A DNA stretch of 64,000 nucleotides from Burkholderiales bacterium. GTDB lineage: Bacteria; Pseudomonadota; Gammaproteobacteria; Burkholderiales; Burkholderiaceae_C. Under the pieces are notes generated by a model. That model saw only the letters and a program-made list of their open reading frames with translations, was not told the DNA's origin and searched no databases. The position numbers and the translations under genes were made by a program. The stretch covers positions 1,101 through 65,100 of the forward strand of contig JBKCVH010000092.1 in assembly GCA_046317675.1 (NCBI GenBank), written 5' to 3'. This document shows, one piece after another, positions 27,914-38,082 of this stretch (the first letter of the stretch is position 1; each line of letters starts with the position of its first letter).

Positions 27914-30871
27914 TCAGTCCATCGCGTAGGTCACGCTCAGTGAGAAGCGGCGGCCCAGCATGGCTGCGTTGCCGGAATCCCAGTGCGTAAAGCTCGACGG
28001 CACGTTGGTGGAGCGGTAGTAGTCCATCACGTTCAGCATCGAGCCAGCGACTGTCATGCCCTTGATGGGGCTGTAACGGAATCCCACATCGATAGTTTCG
28101 TCACGCTGCCAATTGCAACCGCCCACCGATTGGCGAATTTGATCGGTCGGAGTGGTCGATGCCAAGCACTGAGCGGTGACGCCATTGCGGAACACCTTAT
28201 CAGCATGGTTGTAACGGCTCCAGATGCTCCAATTGTCGCGGTCTAGGCGCAACGTAGCCGTGGCGCGAGTCTTGGGGATGGCCGTGAAGTCCGTGCCGGC
28301 ATACCGGTCGATCGTGCCGCCCGTCAGCACCTGCTGGTCAAAGCGACCGGTGTAAGTGCCATTCAGGTTGAAGCTGATGCGACCAAAGTCGGTGGCCGGA
28401 AAGCGCACGTTCAGGTCGTAGTCAATGCCCGAGGTCTTCGACCAGTTGAAATTGCCGTAGCCGCGGTAGATGACCAAGATCGGGCCGCTGTTGGGCACGT
28501 TTGGCAGCCATGTAGCCGGGTTCGGATCCCGCAGCAGGGCTGCATTGGAAGGTCCCGTCGGGTTCGCGATCAGGCCGTCTAGGATGTCCTGGGAACGCTG
28601 CACCCGAATTTCGTCATTGCGCTCGAAGTACCAAGCGTCAATCGCGAGATCAACGTTGCGCGTGGGCGAGAACACGATGCCGGCCGTGGCCGACTTGGAT
28701 GTTTCAGGCTTCAGGTTCGGGTTGGCGGCAATGATGGTGGGGATGGAGCCTGCCCCATTGGTGGCGTTCCGGCCCAAGATGTTGCAGTCACGCAGCACCG
28801 GAGGATCCGACAAGGACACGCCATTAGGGCACCGCAGTGGATCACGATAGGCCGTGGTTTGCAGGCTGTTGAACGAGAGCAAGAAGGCGTCACCGATTTG
28901 CGACAGTCCCGGTGCCCGAAAGCCTGTGGCCAACGTGCTGCGCAAGGCCAGCGTGGAGGGCAGCACTTGCCACTTGGCGCCGAGCTTGCCGGTGGTCGAA
29001 TCCCCAAAGTCGCTGTAGTTTTCGTGGCGTGCGGCGACCTGCACTTCCAAGCTCTTCAGCAGCGGCAGGCGCAGTTCGGTGAAGCCAGCCCACAGGTTGC
29101 GCGAACCCTTGGCGCCGTTGCCAACCAAGCCCACGAAGTCGCCATTGCGGTAGACGTCGTCCGGCACCGAATTCAGCGTTTCACGGCGGTACTCAGCCCC
29201 CACGGCCATGGCGGCTTGGCCACCTGGTAGCGCGAACAGCTCGCGGCTGGCACGCACGTCAGCCGAAGTGATGGTCGCCTCGCCATTGATGATGGCATCC
29301 GACGCCACCGAGGCCATAGCTTCGGAGCTGTTCGCCGTGCCGTTGAAGCGGTACTTGCCGTAGTTGGGATTGCCTGGGGTCAGGTTGCCGTCCAACAGCG
29401 ATTTGCGCAGCCGATTGCGAAACGCCGCCACGTTGTCTTGGCGGCTGTGCATGATGGCGGAGTCGATATCCCATGCACCGAGCGTGCCCTCTATGCCAAT
29501 CGTGAAGCGCTGCGACTGCAGGTCTTGAGTTTGAGTGGGGCTCAGGTCCGCAAAGCGGTAGATCACCTGCACGGGCGTGGGCGTTGCCCCACCGTTGGTC
29601 GGGTTGTCAGGGTGGCCGACGGGCAGGATCAGGGCGTTCTGACGCTGAAGCTGACCAGACAAGGTCGACCACTGAGTGGCCACCGGGTTGGCCGAGCTCA
29701 CCACGGTGGTGGTCAGGGTTTGGGGGATGAGCTTTTCGGTAGTCTCGGTCTTCGACAGCATCAGGTCGGCGTAAGCCGTGAAGTTGCTGCCCAAGGTCAT
29801 GGTGCCTCGCAGCACCGCGCTGATGCGGTCTTGCTTCGAAATCGCCTCGTCGGCGTTGTCGAAATTGAAGCGGCATTGGCCATTGCGGAAGCTGGCTGAC
29901 GTGGCGGGCGTGCCGGTCGGACGCGCCGGCGTGCCCTGACCCACGGTCAGCTCCGTTGGGCAACCCGGGTACGTACCCAGGTAATTGGCGCCAAAGGGGC
30001 TGCTGTTCGCGACGGTGCGGCCGTCGATGACCGTGCTGCCGGCGTTGCTGGCGGGCACGCGGTAATAGCTGCCGAAGGGCGATGCCACTGAGTCGGGCGT
30101 GAACCGGTTAGTGGCGCCCTGCAGGTTGTTCCATAAATTGGTCAGCTCAAGGTCACCCTTGCCTTGCAACTCAGAGTGCATCACGGGGTTTCGCTTGGAC
30201 ATCTCGATGCCACCAAAGATGTTGAAGCCCTGTTGGTCCAAGTTGCCAAAACCGAAGCTCACACCGCCGTTGACAGTTTGACCGACGCCATCGTCGTTGG
30301 CGGCGTAGCCCGCTGTGGCCTCGACACCTTGGTAGTCCTTGCGCAGGATGTAGTTCACGACGCCAGCCATGGCATCCGAGCCGTAGAGGGCCGATGCGCC
30401 GTCTTTCAATATGTCGATGCGTTCAATAGCGCCGCGCGGGATGGAGTTGACGCTAATGAGCGAGCCGCGACCAAAGTTGATGTCCACCGCAGCCACGGGG
30501 GCCGTGCGCCGACCGTTGATCAACACCAAAGTGCCTTGCGAGCCGAGGCCACGCAGCGAAATGGTGGCCAGGCCGCTCACGAAGCCGCTTCCGGCGCCGT
30601 CAGAGATCGAGCCGGCGTCGACTGCACTAGTGGAGCGCAACAGTTCTTCAACCGTGGCAAAGCCCGAGTTCTTGATCGCCTCGCGGCTGATGGTTTGCAC
30701 CACCGACGGGGTCTCTTTGTCGGTGCGTTTGATCAATGAGCCGGTCACCACCACTCTTTCGAGCTTTGAACCGTCTGGGGCGGGCGCAGTTTGCGCTTGC
30801 GCTTGCGCCTGGGCGGCGAGGGCCAACAGGGCGACGCTGATCAAGTGCTGTTTAGGGAATCGAGATGGCAT
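27914..30871 (-). CDS. TonB-dependent outer-membrane receptor
   Basis: ATG 30871 has GGAG 8 nt upstream, and a signal peptide follows. A TonB-box/plug region (ERVVVTGSLIKR, ISLRGLG) is present. The C-terminal beta-barrel ends in SLSVTYAMD. Confidence 0.85.
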   Translation of the reverse strand: MPSRFPKQHLISVALLALAAQAQAQAQTAPAPDGSKLERVVVTGSLIKRTDKETPSVVQTISREAIKNSGFATVEELLRSTSAVDAGSISDGAGSGFVSGLATISLRGLGSQGTLVLINGRRTAPVAAVDINFGRGSLISVNSIPRGAIERIDILKDGASALYGSDAMAGVVNYILRKDYQGVEATAGYAANDDGVGQTVNGGVSFGFGNLDQQGFNIFGGIEMSKRNPVMHSELQGKGDLELTNLWNNLQGATNRFTPDSVASPFGSYYRVPASNAGSTVIDGRTVANSSPFGANYLGTYPGCPTELTVGQGTPARPTGTPATSASFRNGQCRFNFDNADEAISKQDRISAVLRGTMTLGSNFTAYADLMLSKTETTEKLIPQTLTTTVVSSANPVATQWSTLSGQLQRQNALILPVGHPDNPTNGGATPTPVQVIYRFADLSPTQTQDLQSQRFTIGIEGTLGAWDIDSAIMHSRQDNVAAFRNRLRKSLLDGNLTPGNPNYGKYRFNGTANSSEAMASVASDAIINGEATITSADVRASRELFALPGGQAAMAVGAEYRRETLNSVPDDVYRNGDFVGLVGNGAKGSRNLWAGFTELRLPLLKSLEVQVAARHENYSDFGDSTTGKLGAKWQVLPSTLALRSTLATGFRAPGLSQIGDAFLLSFNSLQTTAYRDPLRCPNGVSLSDPPVLRDCNILGRNATNGAGSIPTIIAANPNLKPETSKSATAGIVFSPTRNVDLAIDAWYFERNDEIRVQRSQDILDGLIANPTGPSNAALLRDPNPATWLPNVPNSGPILVIYRGYGNFNWSKTSGIDYDLNVRFPATDFGRISFNLNGTYTGRFDQQVLTGGTIDRYAGTDFTAIPKTRATATLRLDRDNWSIWSRYNHADKVFRNGVTAQCLASTTPTDQIRQSVGGCNWQRDETIDVGFRYSPIKGMTVAGSMLNVMDYYRSTNVPSSFTHWDSGNAAMLGRRFSLSVTYAMD

Positions 30872-31223
30872 GTGGTGAGCTCCGAACAAATGAGAGAGGG
30901 CAGGTGCCTCAAGCGCTAGACAGTAGAGGTTACATAGTCGAGACAGGCACTTCTCAAGCCGATGCGCTAGGAAAACCCTGAGGCAGCCCGACCCTCTCTA
31001 AGTCACTGATTTTTATGGGGTATTCGAGCCTGCCTGGCTGTCGCGCGTGGCACGCATGCAACAGCTTGAGCGGCCTTGAAGCACGGAGCACAACAGGGAG
31101 CGGCCTTCAATCCGGGCGCACACGTCCCCACTCGGCCGCGTGATGGCGGCGCAAGCGCGTTTCAGTCATAGATTGTGTGCGCCCGCGCGGCCTTCAGCAG
31201 GCGCACGGGCGCACAACGTTTCG

Positions 31224-33212
31224 TCAGGCCCGGGGTGCCATGTGGGTGGCCAAGAAGGCCTCGACACGGGTCCAGAAATCGCGCACGTTGGCCTCGGCGC
31301 GGAAGCCGTGGCCTTCCTCGGGGTACACCACGTACTCCACGGTTTTGCCCGCATCCTTCAGCGCTTGGTGCATGCGCGTGCCATTGGCCAAGGGCACCCG
31401 ACGGTCGGCGCCGCCATAGGCCAACATAACCGGCGCTTTGATTTCTGCCACACGGCGCAGCGGCGAAGTTTGCGCGAACTGCTCGGCGTCCCGTTCCGGG
31501 TGTCCGATCAAGATCGGCAAGCGGTACTTGTCACTGTCGCCCTGGGCAAAGTCGGTCCAGTTCAGGTACATGTGCGCCGGATCGGTCACGCCAACCCAGT
31601 TCACGCCGCAGCGCCACAGCTCAGGGTTCTTCACCAAGCCCATCATGGTCAGGTAGCCCCCGTAGCTGGCGCCCATGATGGCCAAGCGGTCTCGGTCCGC
31701 CACACCGTCTTTGACCAACTGCAGCACCCCATCGGTCACGTCGTCTTGCATCCCCAAGCCCCACTGCTTGAAGCCTGCCTCAAAGTGCTTGCGGCCCCAG
31801 CCGGTACTGACACGGGGCGCAGGCATGAACACCGCGTACCCGCGCGAGGCCAAAAACTGCACGACCTGATCGAATCCCCAGTTGATAGCGCGCACGTGCG
31901 GACCGCCGTAATGCAGCACCAGCAGCGGGTGCTTCTGCCCTGCCTGGGCGCCTGGCGGCAAGGTCAAGTTGGCCGGTATCGCCAAGCCATCTCGCGCTTC
32001 GTAGCGGAAGAACTTGGTCTGGGCCATATGGGTCGGATTGATCCATGGACGGGCCTTGCCCACCGTTTGCAACCTCTTGGTGTCGCGCTGAAACAGAAAG
32101 TACTGGCCAGGGTCTACGTCACCGCTGACCGTGACCAACACCACGCTGCCGTCGCGGCTGGGCTGCAAACCCACGGTGCGGTCCTTGAACTCCGCCTCCA
32201 TGGCAGTTTGCAGCGCGTCAAGGTTCGGGTCCACATACAACACCCGCGGTCGGTCGGCTTGGTAACGGACCATCAGCAACTCGCCCTTGCTGTTGAATCG
32301 CGCGGCGCCGGGTTCGATGTCGTACCCCTCCAGGATGACCAGGGGATCGGGTCGGAACTTCGCGGTCTTCAAGTCAACCGCCATCAAGCCCGATTCATCG
32401 CGGCCCTCTGGCTGGGCGATGACGTACAGCACGTCGTCGGAGTCGATGCCCTCGAGCGTGATGTCACTGGCCAGCAGCTCCCGCCAACGGCGAACGGGCA
32501 CCCAGTCGGCCTCCGGCGTGGGCCGAACCCACAGCTGAAAGTGCGCCTCCGGCTCGCGGGTGATGACCGCGCGCGGACGGTCTTGCATGTCCAGTGCCCA
32601 GCTTGTAACCGTGCCCGGTGCGCCCATCGACATGCGTTGGGCCCGACCGGTCAGCGTGTTCAGGCGGTGCAGCGCACTGTGGCCCTTTTGCTCCCACTGG
32701 GACACGATGATGGTGCCGGGGGGTTGGGTGCGGCCGGCAGAAAAATAGCTGGCGCCTTCCAGGTTTTCGGGCGGAGCGCGGTAGTCGCTGCCGTCGCGTT
32801 CGATGCTGTGCAGGCCGCCCCTGACGTTCGTGTTGTCCGACACCCGCACGCCCAGGCCGAAAGCAATTCGCGTGTTGCTGATCCAACGGGCTCCTGCGAC
32901 GTCAGCCGTCTTGAACGAGGTGATGACCTTGGCGGAGTTGGCCTGCAGGTCGACAACCACCAGGTTCATGCGCCCTTCAACGCTGCGGAGCGCCAGCAAA
33001 GCCTTGCCATCAGGGGCCAGACTCACCGAGCCGAGCTCGGGCGTGCGGAAGAACAGATCAAGCGGCGGAAAGTTCCTGCCCGATGGGGCTTGTGACACTG
33101 CCGCTTCGCTTGTCAGCGACCACCCAGCGAGGCCGAGCGAAGAGAGTGTGGCCAGCCAGGTCCGCCGATCCCAGGCGCCAGTCTGTCGTGCTGCCCCGGT
33201 TGAATCCTTCAT
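31224..33212 (-). CDS. S9-family serine peptidase (prolyl oligopeptidase/dipeptidyl aminopeptidase type) with twin-arginine signal
   Basis: ATG 33212 gives MKDSTGAARQTGAWDRRTWLATLSSLGLAG. An N-terminal beta-propeller region is followed by a C-terminal alpha/beta hydrolase domain with GASYGGY (nucleophile) and a distal EGHGF block. Confidence 0.85.
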   Translation of the reverse strand: MKDSTGAARQTGAWDRRTWLATLSSLGLAGWSLTSEAAVSQAPSGRNFPPLDLFFRTPELGSVSLAPDGKALLALRSVEGRMNLVVVDLQANSAKVITSFKTADVAGARWISNTRIAFGLGVRVSDNTNVRGGLHSIERDGSDYRAPPENLEGASYFSAGRTQPPGTIIVSQWEQKGHSALHRLNTLTGRAQRMSMGAPGTVTSWALDMQDRPRAVITREPEAHFQLWVRPTPEADWVPVRRWRELLASDITLEGIDSDDVLYVIAQPEGRDESGLMAVDLKTAKFRPDPLVILEGYDIEPGAARFNSKGELLMVRYQADRPRVLYVDPNLDALQTAMEAEFKDRTVGLQPSRDGSVVLVTVSGDVDPGQYFLFQRDTKRLQTVGKARPWINPTHMAQTKFFRYEARDGLAIPANLTLPPGAQAGQKHPLLVLHYGGPHVRAINWGFDQVVQFLASRGYAVFMPAPRVSTGWGRKHFEAGFKQWGLGMQDDVTDGVLQLVKDGVADRDRLAIMGASYGGYLTMMGLVKNPELWRCGVNWVGVTDPAHMYLNWTDFAQGDSDKYRLPILIGHPERDAEQFAQTSPLRRVAEIKAPVMLAYGGADRRVPLANGTRMHQALKDAGKTVEYVVYPEEGHGFRAEANVRDFWTRVEAFLATHMAPRA

Positions 33213-33341
33213 CGTCCGTGCCCCTTGGTTAAAGCGCCGTAGGTTAGCGGCATCAACAGGCGCTGGGCTCCGCTGGATAACCCCAAGCGAGGCGCAATTC
33301 ACGCAGCGCCACACGCGCCCCGAAATCCGGAACTCGCGGCT

Positions 33342-34643
33342 TCAGACGCCCTCGGACTCTTCGGCCTGGGGATCAGTTTGCTCCAGCTCGTAGCTGGCGC
33401 CCAGCATGGCCAAGCGCGCAATCACGCCGTACATGTAGAAGCGATTCGGCGCACTCGCGCCCGGCTTTTCGCCTGGCCTTGGCAGGTGCCCTGGTTCAGC
33501 GAAGGCTAGAGGCACAAAGCTGGCGCCAGGGGCGTTGAGGTTCTCGTCGATGCCACGGTCGGCATGCACGCGGTAGAAGCCGCCCACCACGTAGCGGTCC
33601 ATCATGTAGACCACCGGCTCGGCAACGCCCTCGTTGATGCGCTCGTAGGTTGGCACGCCTTCTTGGATGATGACCTCGTTCACTTGCTGGCCATCTTTCA
33701 CCACGGCCATCTTGTTCTTGGTGCGGCGGTTGAGTTCGTCGAGTTCCTTCACATCGCGCACGGTCATGATGCCCATGCCGTAGGTGCCGTTGTCGGCCTT
33801 GACGATGACGAAGGGCTTCTCGTTGATGCCGTAGTCCTTGTACTTGCGGCGGATCTTGGTCAGGACGGCATCGGCGTGCGTCTTCACGCAATCGATGCCG
33901 GTGCCTTCGGCAAAGTTCACCGTGCCGCACTGCTCGTACATGGGGTTGATCAACCAGTGGTCCATGCCCAGCACCTTGGCGAACTTTTTGGCCACTTCTT
34001 CATAGGCGGCAAAGTGCTTGCTCTTGCGCCGCACGGACCAGCCAGCGTGCAGCGGCGGCAGCAGGTACTGCTGCTCCATGTTCTTCAAGATGTTGGGCGT
34101 GCCGCTCGACAGGTCGTTGTTCAGCAAGATCGTGCAAGGATCAAAGTCTTTGAGCATGACCCGACCGTTCTTGCGCACCAGGGGTTCCACCACCAGCGTA
34201 CCGCCGTCGGCGGTCTGCAGCGTGGTGGGCGCGGTGATGGTTTCGTCCAGCGTTCCCAGGCGAACGTTCAGACCGGCCTGCGTGAAGATGCGCATCAGCG
34301 TCTGCACGTTGGCCAGGTAGAAGGTGTTGCGGGTGTGCTTTTCGGGAATCAGCAGAAGGTTCTTGGCTTCGGGGCAGATCTTTTCGATCGAGGCCATGGC
34401 CGCCTGCACGGCCAGCGGCAGCATTTGCGGCGTGAGGTTGTTGAAGCCACCGGGGTAGAGATTGGTGTCCACCGGGGCCAGCTTGAAGCCGGCATTGCGC
34501 AAGTCCACCGAGGTGTAGAACGGTGGCGTGTGCTCCATCCACTCCAAGCGGAACCAACGCTCAATGACGGGCATCGACTCCAGGATGCGCGCCTCCAGCT
34601 CGTTGATGGGGCCGGTAAGGGCGGTAATCAGGTGCGGGACCAT
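33342..34643 (-). CDS. gshA: glutamate--cysteine ligase (beta-proteobacterial type)
   Basis: The 433-aa product has PPFYTSVDLRNAGFKLAPVDTNLYPGGFNNL, which matches the short GshA family as I recall it from Burkholderiales. Confidence 0.85.
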   Translation of the reverse strand: MVPHLITALTGPINELEARILESMPVIERWFRLEWMEHTPPFYTSVDLRNAGFKLAPVDTNLYPGGFNNLTPQMLPLAVQAAMASIEKICPEAKNLLLIPEKHTRNTFYLANVQTLMRIFTQAGLNVRLGTLDETITAPTTLQTADGGTLVVEPLVRKNGRVMLKDFDPCTILLNNDLSSGTPNILKNMEQQYLLPPLHAGWSVRRKSKHFAAYEEVAKKFAKVLGMDHWLINPMYEQCGTVNFAEGTGIDCVKTHADAVLTKIRRKYKDYGINEKPFVIVKADNGTYGMGIMTVRDVKELDELNRRTKNKMAVVKDGQQVNEVIIQEGVPTYERINEGVAEPVVYMMDRYVVGGFYRVHADRGIDENLNAPGASFVPLAFAEPGHLPRPGEKPGASAPNRFYMYGVIARLAMLGASYELEQTDPQAEESEGV

Positions 34644-34735
34644 GCAGGAACTTCCGAGCTGTGAATAGGATCATTCTAGGAAGCGCCATAGCTGGGGGAG
34701 CTTTGCCCGTTCGCAAGGGCACTTATGCTTGCGCC

Positions 34736-35128
34736 ATGCCGCGCCGCATCCTCATCGTTGACGATCAAGCCGAGATTCGCCGCATGGTGCGTTACGCACT
34801 TCAAGACGGCGATTTCACGCTTTACGAGGCTGCCAATGGCGAGTTGGCGATGCGAATTGCTGCGGTGGCTCGGCCGGAGCTGGTGGTGTTGGACCAAATG
34901 ATGCCTGGCACCCTGGACGGCATCCAGGTTTGCCAGCAAATGAAAGCTGACCCGCGCTTTGCGGATGCCTTGATCCTCATGCTGACCGGCAATGCCGAGG
35001 CCACCGACCGGCAAGCGGCGCTGGCCGCTGGGGTGAACTACTTCTTGACCAAGCCCTTTGCCGCCGCCAAGCTGCGCGACATCGTGGAGATGATGCTGCA
35101 GTCCCACTCGCCGCCCGCGGTGCAGTGA
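34736..35128 (+). CDS. single-domain response regulator (CheY-like receiver)
   Basis: ATG 34736 gives MPRRILIVDDQ. VVLDQMMPGTLDG carries the phospho-acceptor Asp, and LTKPF carries the conserved Lys. Confidence 0.8.
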   Translation: MPRRILIVDDQAEIRRMVRYALQDGDFTLYEAANGELAMRIAAVARPELVVLDQMMPGTLDGIQVCQQMKADPRFADALILMLTGNAEATDRQAALAAGVNYFLTKPFAAAKLRDIVEMMLQSHSPPAVQ

Positions 35129-35137
35129 GCCGGAAAT

Positions 35138-35166
35138 GAGTAAGGGCCACCCAAGGTGGCCCTTAC
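35138..35166. terminator. 13-bp perfect hairpin between the convergent receiver and amtB genes
   Basis: AGTAAGGGCCACC-CAA-GGTGGCCCTTACT is read directly. The U-tracts are weak on both strands. Confidence 0.55.
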
Positions 35167-35216
35167 TGCTTCATCGGCCAGGGTCGGTCGCGAAGACCCG
35201 ACCCCAGCGTGGCTCT

Positions 35217-36743
35217 TTACTTCGAGTAGGCCGTCTCGCCGTGGCTGGCGATGTCCAGACCCTCGCGCTCTTCCTCTTCCGTGACGCGCAGGCCAATGGT
35301 CATGTCCACCAGCTTGAAGGCGATGACCGAGACCACACCGCTCCAGGCGATGGTGATCAGCACGCCCTTGGCTTGGATCCAGACTTGGCTGGCGATCGAG
35401 TAGGCCTCGGGCGTCACCATGGTGGCGGTCACCCAGTCACCCATCATGCTCGGGCCGCCCAGGTTCGGGCTGGCGAACACACCGGTGAGCAGTGCACCAA
35501 TGATGCCGCCCACGCCGTGAACACCGAACACGTCGAGTGAGTCGTCGGCCTTCAACAGCTTCTTCAGGCCCGTCACACCCCACAGGCAGGCGAAGCCAGC
35601 GATCAAGCCGATGGCCAGCGCGCCGCCCACACCCACGTTGCCTGCAGCCGGGGTGATGGCCACCAAGCCGGCCACTGCACCCGAGGCTGCACCCAGCATC
35701 GAGGCCTTGCCGCGCATCAGCGCTTCACCGGCAATCCAGGCCAGCACCGCAGCCGAGGTGGCCACGAAGGTGTTGATGAAGGCCAATGCAGCGAAGCCGT
35801 TGGCTTCCAGGGCCGAGCCGGCGTTGAAGCCGAACCAACCCACCCACAGCAGGGCAGCACCCGTCATCGTCAACGGCAGGCTGTGCGGGGTGATGGCGTC
35901 TTTGCCGTAACCCCCGCGCTTGCCCACCATGTAGGCACCCACCAAGCCCGCCACAGCGGCGTTGATGTGCACCACCGTGCCGCCAGCGAAGTCCAACGCG
36001 CCGTGTTGCCAGATCAGGCCAGCTTTGCTGGTCATCTCAGCGGCCACTGCAGCGGTGCTGTAGGCGTCAGGGCCCATCCAGTACCAGACCATGTGGGCGA
36101 TCGGCAAATAGCTGAACGTGAACCAAATGGCGCAGAAAGCCAGCACCGCGCTGAACTTGATGCGTTCAGCGAAAGCGCCCACGATCAGGCAGCAGGTGAT
36201 GCCGGCAAACGTGGCTTGGAAGGCAGCGAAGACGATCTCAGGGATGTAGACGCCCTTGCTGAACGTGGCCGCAGGCGCGAAGGTGCCCGCCACGTTGTCC
36301 CAGACGCCCTTGAGCATCAGGCGGTCGAATCCACCGATGAAGGCGTTGCCCTCGGTGAATGCCAGGCTGTAGCCGTAGATGACCCACAGCACGACGATCA
36401 TCGAGAAGGTGACCATCACTTGCATCAGCACGCTGAGCATGTTCTTGGCGCGCACCAAGCCGCCGTAGAACAGGGCCAGGCCAGGCACGGTCATCAAGAT
36501 GACGAGCAGCGTGGCCACCATCATCCAGGCGGTGTCGCCTTTATCGAACTTCGGGGGCGTGGGGGCAGCGGCTGGGGCGGCTTCTGCAGCAGGGGCGGCC
36601 ACGGCCGATGCGGCTTCTGCCGCAGGCGCCATGACAGCAGAGGCGGCATCGGCAACCGCAGCGGCCGAAGCCGCAGCGTCTTGCGCCCAGCTTGGGGCCA
36701 ATAGGCTCACCCCAAGCGCCAGGGCGGCGAGTAGTTTCTTCAT
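35217..36743 (-). CDS. amtB: ammonium transporter with an Ala/Pro-rich N-terminal extension
   Basis: ATG 36743 gives MKKLLAALALGVSLLAPSWA, a signal peptide. About 45 aa of A/P/E-rich sequence follow, then the Amt core (DTAWMMVATLLV, FYGGLVR, FAGGTVVHINAG-like). Confidence 0.9.
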   Translation of the reverse strand: MKKLLAALALGVSLLAPSWAQDAAASAAAVADAASAVMAPAAEAASAVAAPAAEAAPAAAPTPPKFDKGDTAWMMVATLLVILMTVPGLALFYGGLVRAKNMLSVLMQVMVTFSMIVVLWVIYGYSLAFTEGNAFIGGFDRLMLKGVWDNVAGTFAPAATFSKGVYIPEIVFAAFQATFAGITCCLIVGAFAERIKFSAVLAFCAIWFTFSYLPIAHMVWYWMGPDAYSTAAVAAEMTSKAGLIWQHGALDFAGGTVVHINAAVAGLVGAYMVGKRGGYGKDAITPHSLPLTMTGAALLWVGWFGFNAGSALEANGFAALAFINTFVATSAAVLAWIAGEALMRGKASMLGAASGAVAGLVAITPAAGNVGVGGALAIGLIAGFACLWGVTGLKKLLKADDSLDVFGVHGVGGIIGALLTGVFASPNLGGPSMMGDWVTATMVTPEAYSIASQVWIQAKGVLITIAWSGVVSVIAFKLVDMTIGLRVTEEEEREGLDIASHGETAYSK

Positions 36744-36765
36744 GGAAGTTTCTCCGGGGGTGTTC

Positions 36766-37119
<354 letters not shown>

Positions 37120-37836
37120 TTAGAACGTGTACTTGACCGACGCGACCACGCCGCGCTTGCCAAGGTCTTTGTTGCCCGGACCGAAGTAAGCGCCGGTCTT
37201 GGCGTCCACCACACCGAGGCTGAGCGTCAGCGCGTCGATGGCTTTGTTCACCGTCAGCGAAGCGTCGGTGTAGGAATAGGTCTTGTTGTTCTTCACGGTC
37301 TGGCGGCCAATGTGCGGCGTCAGCGACCAGCCGTCGCCCAGATCAAAGGTGGCCGTCAGGTCGTAATACATCGAGCCCTTGCTCTTGGCAAAGCCAAACA
37401 GGTTGGTGAAGCTGCGGCTGACCTTCAAGGTGGCCGGGCCGAAGGTCAGGGCGCCGTAGCCTTCCAACGTGTTGGCGCTGGGCTTGAGCTTGTTGCTGGG
37501 GTAGTAGTACTGAAGCGCACCGATGTCCAGCGTCAGGCCCTTGGCGATTTCGGTCTTGTAACCACCGTAGAAGTCGAGCTCGAGGCCAGCATCGCCGCCT
37601 GCGTCTTTGATCCACTTGATGGTGGAACCCCAAGCACCAGCGTAAAACCCGCTGGCATCCGACCAGTCAACACCGCCCTGCACCGCAGGCTTCAGCCGGG
37701 TTTGGGAAATGCCGCGGTAGCGGTAGTCGCTCGTCAGGCTGGCGTTGAAGGCGACATCAGCAAAAGCCGGTGCGGCGGGCAGGGCCAATGCAAAAGCAGC
37801 AGCAGCGAGGCAAGTGCGGGGGGCGAAACGTTGCAT
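37120..37836 (-). CDS. TorF-family putative outer-membrane porin
   Basis: ATG 37836 has GGAG 6 nt upstream, and a signal peptide follows. The SDYRYRGISQT block and a C-terminal aromatic residue (KYTF) fit a beta-barrel. Confidence 0.75.
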   Translation of the reverse strand: MQRFAPRTCLAAAAFALALPAAPAFADVAFNASLTSDYRYRGISQTRLKPAVQGGVDWSDASGFYAGAWGSTIKWIKDAGGDAGLELDFYGGYKTEIAKGLTLDIGALQYYYPSNKLKPSANTLEGYGALTFGPATLKVSRSFTNLFGFAKSKGSMYYDLTATFDLGDGWSLTPHIGRQTVKNNKTYSYTDASLTVNKAIDALTLSLGVVDAKTGAYFGPGNKDLGKRGVVASVKYTF

Positions 37837-37885
37837 AGGGTTCTCCAGGACCAAGGGGGTGAGAGGGGCTTCCGGGCTAGTTAGC

Positions 37886-37900
37886 GCAGCTTTCGTGCCA
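37886..37900 (-). promoter_or_regulatory. sigma-54 (-24/-12) promoter for porin-glnK-amtB
   Basis: The minus strand reads TGGCAC-GAAAG-CTGC (consensus TGGCAC-N5-TTGC). It lies about 50 nt upstream of ATG 37836. Confidence 0.6.
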
Positions 37901-37989
37901 GCCCAGGCCCCGCTGGCAAGCCACTTGAGAAGCCCCTGCACCACCCTGTTTGCACCAAATCAGCGCGCCGTCGGCTCGAACGTGCGCGC

Positions 37990-38020
37990 TGCACCTTGTT
38001 GGCGCACCGATTTGGTGCGC
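37990..38020. promoter_or_regulatory. two overlapping NtrC-type enhancer dyads
   Basis: TGCACC-TTGTT-GGCGCA (37990-38006) and GCGCACC-GATTT-GGTGCGC (38002-38020) fit the consensus TGCACC-N5-GGTGCA. They lie about 100-130 bp upstream of the -24 element. Extra TGCACCA half-sites occur at 37938 and 37951. Confidence 0.5.
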
Positions 38021-38082
38021 CGCATCAGCCGCCCTGCGCGTGAGAATGGCGCAGCCTCGCAAGAACGGGGCAGGGAGAACCC

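Noticed and set aside
30872-31223. A cobalamin riboswitch or Fur box upstream of the TonB-dependent receptor.
   Set aside because: No B12-box-like core or conserved cobalamin-aptamer stems are recognisable. The best Fur-like stretch (ATAAAAATCAGTGAC) matches the 19-bp consensus poorly.
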